From: a bacterium
GTDB taxonomy: Bacteria; Muiribacteriota; UBA6191
Assembly: GCA_036339875.1 (NCBI GenBank)
Contig: JAYZAC010000089.1
Coordinates: forward strand, 1-11,428
DNA: 11,428 nt
Direction: 5' to 3'
This document shows positions 8,274-11,428 of this stretch, piece by piece. The first letter of the stretch is position 1, and each line of letters opens with the position of its first letter. The notes below the pieces were generated by a model. That model was not told the DNA's origin. It searched no databases and saw only the letters and a list, made by a program, of their open reading frames with translations. The position numbers and the translations under genes were made by a program.

Positions 8274-8301
8274 TTGACGTTTCCAGATTTTATGCTATTA
8301 T
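8274..8301 (+). promoter_or_regulatory. Sigma70-type promoter
   Basis: TTGACG (8274-8279), 16-nt spacer, extended -10 TGc-TATTAT (8293-8301), with AT-rich upstream sequence. Predicted start near 8307-8308. Confidence 0.65.
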
Positions 8302-8306
8302 AAATG

Positions 8307-8400
8307 TGGAACAACAACAAAGAAGCAAGCCACTTCGACGAGAACAGGAAACGAGGACACTGGTCACTGAGAGGTGGCTTTTTCTTTTCCTGACTTTTTT
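8307..8400 (+). ncRNA. Candidate small RNA or structured leader/attenuator
   Basis: Lies directly after the promoter. Stem AAGCCACTTC (8327-8336) / GAGGTGGCTT (8371-8380), extendable by 7 bp, encloses a 34-nt purine-rich loop and is followed by U-rich tracts. No known family recognised. Confidence 0.45.
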
Positions 8401-8505
8401 ATTTAAACTCAATTAAATTATTGCAGTCATTGTTGGACTCTAGCTCTCAAGTAGGGTAGGCTGTCCTGCTTACAAATCGGAAAATACAGTCTTGGAGGGG
8501 TTTTT

Positions 8506-9897
8506 ATGTATTCTTCACGTTTAATCTACGCAGTTATTACTCTTTGTTTTGGCATCCTAGGTTCAGTATCTCATGCAACTTCTATTGATCCAGCGGTGAC
8601 TGAAGCATTAAAAACACAGTCAAAGATTAGAGTAATTGTAGGATTGAAGGATAAAGTTTCTCAAAACAATCTAAAAAGAAAAAATAGTGTTAGAGAAATT
8701 AAGCGTACCTTGATGGCTGGTCATCAGTTAGCTTCAGAGGGTGTTTTAAATAGTATAGAGCAATTTTCTAAGACCAATAGCGTTGAAGTTTTGGATCAAA
8801 ACTGGGCTGGAAACTCTCTATGGATAGAAGCTGATGGTAGTGTTATTGAGCAGTTGATGATGCGCAATGATGTTGAAGAAATCATATTAGACTATAAAAT
8901 TCAGTTTGAAGAACCAATCGAAGTTTTGGATGCTACACCAGAAGATGAGGAATGGACCTATGGTTTACTGAAGGTAGGTGTTCCAGAGACAAGAGCTGCT
9001 TATGGTTTGACAGGTAAGGGTATTAGGGTTGGAGTTCTCGACACGGGTATCGACCCAGAGCATCCAGACCTCAAGGGCAAAATTTTAGCTTGGAAGGATT
9101 TTGCGGGTAATGCTAAAGAAGCCAAAGATGCCCATGGGCATGGAACGCACTGTGCTGGAACAATTGCAGGTGGTAATGCTGATGGCAAAAACATAGGAGT
9201 TGCACCCGAAGCCAAATTAATAATCGGTAGAATTTTTGGAGATAATGGCGGGACTAGTCTTGGTAAGATTCACTCGGGCATGAAGTGGATGGCTGACCCA
9301 GACGGAAATCCAAGCACGTCCGACAATCCACATATTGTTTCCAATAGCTGGGGTGGACCTCAACGACCTTATTTTTTAGAGAAAACATCATGGAAAATTG
9401 TCGAGACATGGAGATCTTTGGGTATTGTTCCGGTGTTTGCGGCAGGTAACTCTGGCGATAAACCTAAAACCATGGGAACGCCTGGTGGATTTCCTCACTC
9501 ATTCGCAGTAGGAGCAACCGATAGTTCCGATGAAATTGCATACTTCTCCTCAAGAGGTCCAATTAAGTGGAGAGGCGAGAGCTATGTCAAACCCGATATT
9601 TCAGCTCCTGGTGTAAGAGTACTATCGGCTAAGCCTGGCGGTGGTTATCAATTAATGAGTGGAACTTCAATGGCTTGTCCACACGTTAGTGGCTTAGCTG
9701 CTTTATTGAAGCAAGCTAACCCTGCACTGGGTGTATCAGAGATTGAAGAGCTGTTAACAGAAACTTCCGAGGATTTCGGAGATGAGGGTAAAGACAATAT
9801 CTTTGGTAAGGGCCGAGCAAACATAAAGGCGGCTGTTGATTATCTCAAAGCCAACGGATTGGACCGTAAATCGTCATTCAAGAAACTTTATAGATAA
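8506..9897 (+). CDS. Secreted S8 (subtilisin-like) serine peptidase with propeptide
   Basis: Signal peptide (..VSHA), I9-like prodomain, catalytic D (VLDTG), H (HGHGTHCAG), oxyanion N (FAAGN), S (GTSMACP); FSSRGP and KPDISAPG. RBS GGAGG. Confidence 0.95.
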   Translation: MYSSRLIYAVITLCFGILGSVSHATSIDPAVTEALKTQSKIRVIVGLKDKVSQNNLKRKNSVREIKRTLMAGHQLASEGVLNSIEQFSKTNSVEVLDQNWAGNSLWIEADGSVIEQLMMRNDVEEIILDYKIQFEEPIEVLDATPEDEEWTYGLLKVGVPETRAAYGLTGKGIRVGVLDTGIDPEHPDLKGKILAWKDFAGNAKEAKDAHGHGTHCAGTIAGGNADGKNIGVAPEAKLIIGRIFGDNGGTSLGKIHSGMKWMADPDGNPSTSDNPHIVSNSWGGPQRPYFLEKTSWKIVETWRSLGIVPVFAAGNSGDKPKTMGTPGGFPHSFAVGATDSSDEIAYFSSRGPIKWRGESYVKPDISAPGVRVLSAKPGGGYQLMSGTSMACPHVSGLAALLKQANPALGVSEIEELLTETSEDFGDEGKDNIFGKGRANIKAAVDYLKANGLDRKSSFKKLYR

Positions 9898-9938
9898 TTA
9901 AAGTAGGACATACTGTTTTTATCGAGGAGTCAAATCTG

Positions 9939-10334
9939 ATGGGTTCATTCATTCCCGGTGATGATGTTCAATTTGCGAGCGTAATAATATCGAAGAGATC
10001 TATTTGTAAAAGAACTGGAGCTGTCGTTATTCGACTTAATGGAATGAAGTTGAATTTTTCGGAATCAGATTACTTAAAAAATGTACTCGATAAAGAAATA
10101 GCGCACAGTAATTGCGATGTGATCTTGGATTGTCAAAACATAGACATGTTATTTTCGGTACAAGTTGGAATCATATGGTCATACTGCCGAAAATTTCGAC
10201 AGATAGGCGGAGACCTGTCTTTAGCCAACCTAAACTCAAGTATAACAGCTGTGTTAGAAAGATTTGGCCTTTCGACAGTTATTAAAGTTGGCAGTTCCGT
10301 AGACGAGTGTATTGAATTTATTCAGAAAAAATGA
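9939..10334 (+). CDS. STAS domain protein (anti-sigma factor antagonist-like)
   Basis: VIRLNG..L, VILDCQNIDMLFS, GGDLSLANL...ITAVLERFGL, SVDECI match the SpoIIAA/RsbV fold pattern. RBS GAGGAG upstream. Confidence 0.85.
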   Translation: MGSFIPGDDVQFASVIISKRSICKRTGAVVIRLNGMKLNFSESDYLKNVLDKEIAHSNCDVILDCQNIDMLFSVQVGIIWSYCRKFRQIGGDLSLANLNSSITAVLERFGLSTVIKVGSSVDECIEFIQKK

Positions 10335-10372
10335 GAAAACCCGGATGAATCATATTATGATCCAACCGGGTT
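10335..10372 (-). terminator. Hairpin terminator between convergent genes
   Basis: Imperfect inverted repeat AACCCGGATGAATCAT-ATT-ATGATCCAACCGGGTT (10338-10372). The A-C mismatch becomes G-U on the minus strand, where U-runs follow. Confidence 0.65.
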
Positions 10373-10429
10373 CACGCGTACATTCGAACAGTTAGAGTCC
10401 CTCTCTAACCGTAATTAAGGAGCTAATCC

Positions 10430-11065
10430 TTATTTTGTTTTATCCGTTTCTGGCTCTGCATATAGTTCGTCAAATTTCGTTCTTTTCTCGGCTTTGTCTG
10501 TGAATAATTCTCTTAAGAATAGGTTTCTATAATGCTCATCATCTTGCTCGATTTCTACAACATCCAGCTTCGAATAAATTTTAGTTTGATTGTCTACCAC
10601 ATAAGTTTCAACTCTTAAAACACCTCGGAATTTTGCTGGGTGTTTCGAACCAGTAAATAGTTTACCAGCTTTATATATGTATTTATCAGCATCTGGAGCG
10701 GCACCCCAGTCGAATAATTGAGTTCCTTTTTTAGATCCAATTTCACGAATTAAGAGCTTTGTAGCCAAATTACTATCTTCAAGTTCTACTGGTTCCAGTC
10801 GATATCCATTTCCAATGTAAGTTACATTTCCATCCACATAATCATCATTCTCAACTGGCACTCGCTTCAGTGCTTGTAGTTTATTGACCGTTAGTCCCAC
10901 TTTAGAGAGTATTTTTAATGGACGAAAGGTAACAGGATTGATTGTCCAATAGCTCTTGTAACTCTTGACGTCTCCCTCAACCAAGATGTCTGCGTATTGC
11001 GTTTCACCGAACGATACACTGACTAAACAAATACAAATGAGTATATCTCTTATAGATCTCAACAT
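10430..11065 (-). CDS. Hypothetical exported protein (211 aa)
   Basis: ATG 11065 has GAGGG 7 nt upstream and begins a signal peptide-like sequence (MLRSIRDILICICLVSVSFG). The longer 11197 start runs through AT-rich intergenic-like DNA. No family recognised. Confidence 0.75.
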   Translation of the reverse strand: MLRSIRDILICICLVSVSFGETQYADILVEGDVKSYKSYWTINPVTFRPLKILSKVGLTVNKLQALKRVPVENDDYVDGNVTYIGNGYRLEPVELEDSNLATKLLIREIGSKKGTQLFDWGAAPDADKYIYKAGKLFTGSKHPAKFRGVLRVETYVVDNQTKIYSKLDVVEIEQDDEHYRNLFLRELFTDKAEKRTKFDELYAEPETDKTK

Positions 11066-11358
11066 TTTATAACCCTCTGCTTCCTCACTGCTTAAGTGAA
11101 CTGTGTCCCTTATATTAGTAAGCGAAATAAGAATGGCTAGCTCAATAATTTCAAGTTTCAAAAGTTCGAAAAATTCAGATTTATACATTTGAAACATCTT
11201 CGACAGATTCTTAATAAGTACCCTAAATCATATTAATTCTCTGAAACTTGAAGGTGAATAATTACATGGGAGTAATACGTGCAAAAGAAAAATATGATAA
11301 ATCTATTAGTATTCAGTACGGTAATTACAAGTTCTTACTGGAGCTTTGATTTTTTTCA

Positions 11359-11428
11359 TCAATTCTCCTCAGCGGAGCCGGTCACTATTGCTTCTATGAA
11401 GTCATCAAAAGAAATTAAATCAAGCGCC
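11359..11428 (-). CDS. Probable 3' end of a gene entering from the right edge
   Basis: Open minus frame ALDLISFDDFIEAIVTGSAEEN* ends at TGA 11359-11361. It loosely resembles the CBS-domain G-I-V/I-T-x-x-D-x-x-E strand-helix, but is too short to assign. Confidence 0.4.
   Translation of the reverse strand, partial: ALDLISFDDFIEAIVTGSAEEN

Noticed and set aside
8304..8393. 29-aa ORF MWNNNKEASHFDENRKRGHWSLRGGFFFS as a leader peptide
   Set aside because: The ATG is only 2 nt after the -10 box, so upstream of the predicted TSS, and has no RBS. Revisit only if dgt-operon read-through is shown.
9000..9215. 71-aa minus-strand ORF
   Set aside because: Antisense to the S8 catalytic core.
11066..11197. 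44-aa N-terminal extension of the hypothetical protein
   Set aside because: Would bury the signal peptide; ATG 11065 has a good RBS.
11266..11349. 27-aa plus-strand ORF MGVIRAKEKYDKSISIQYGNYKFLLEL
   Set aside because: Short, weak RBS, opposite to both flanking genes, no motif.
1..11428. CRISPR array, IS or prophage, tRNA/rRNA, recognised defence island
   Set aside because: No regularly spaced repeats, transposase, integrase or structural RNA signatures seen; dgt alone does not establish a defence system.

Overview
AT-rich bacterial chromosomal window, densely coding, with no mobile element, CRISPR array, rRNA or tRNA visible. Gene order: partial hypothetical (+), DHRS12-like SDR (+), YeeZ-like atypical SDR (-), NT5C-like HAD deoxyribonucleotidase (+), cNMP-EAL phosphodiesterase (+), DegP/HtrA protease and TIGR01777 oxidoreductase (both -), dGTPase coupled to a small lipoprotein (+), a structured intergenic region, secreted S8 protease (+), STAS protein (+), secreted hypothetical protein (-), and a probable partial CDS at the right edge (-). 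Three observations stand out. (1) The 152-aa lipoprotein looks like a stand-alone Hsp70/DnaK substrate-binding beta-domain with no ATPase and no lid, a candidate ATP-independent envelope chaperone or peptide-binding adaptor lying between two exported proteases. (2) A promoter-delimited ~85-nt structured RNA at 8307-8400 carries (AAC)n and GGA motifs and has pseudoknot potential. (3) Two unrelated secreted proteins share a near C-terminal [RK][RK]xxFxxLY motif, a possible sorting signal. All assignments were made by eye from motifs; no searches were run.
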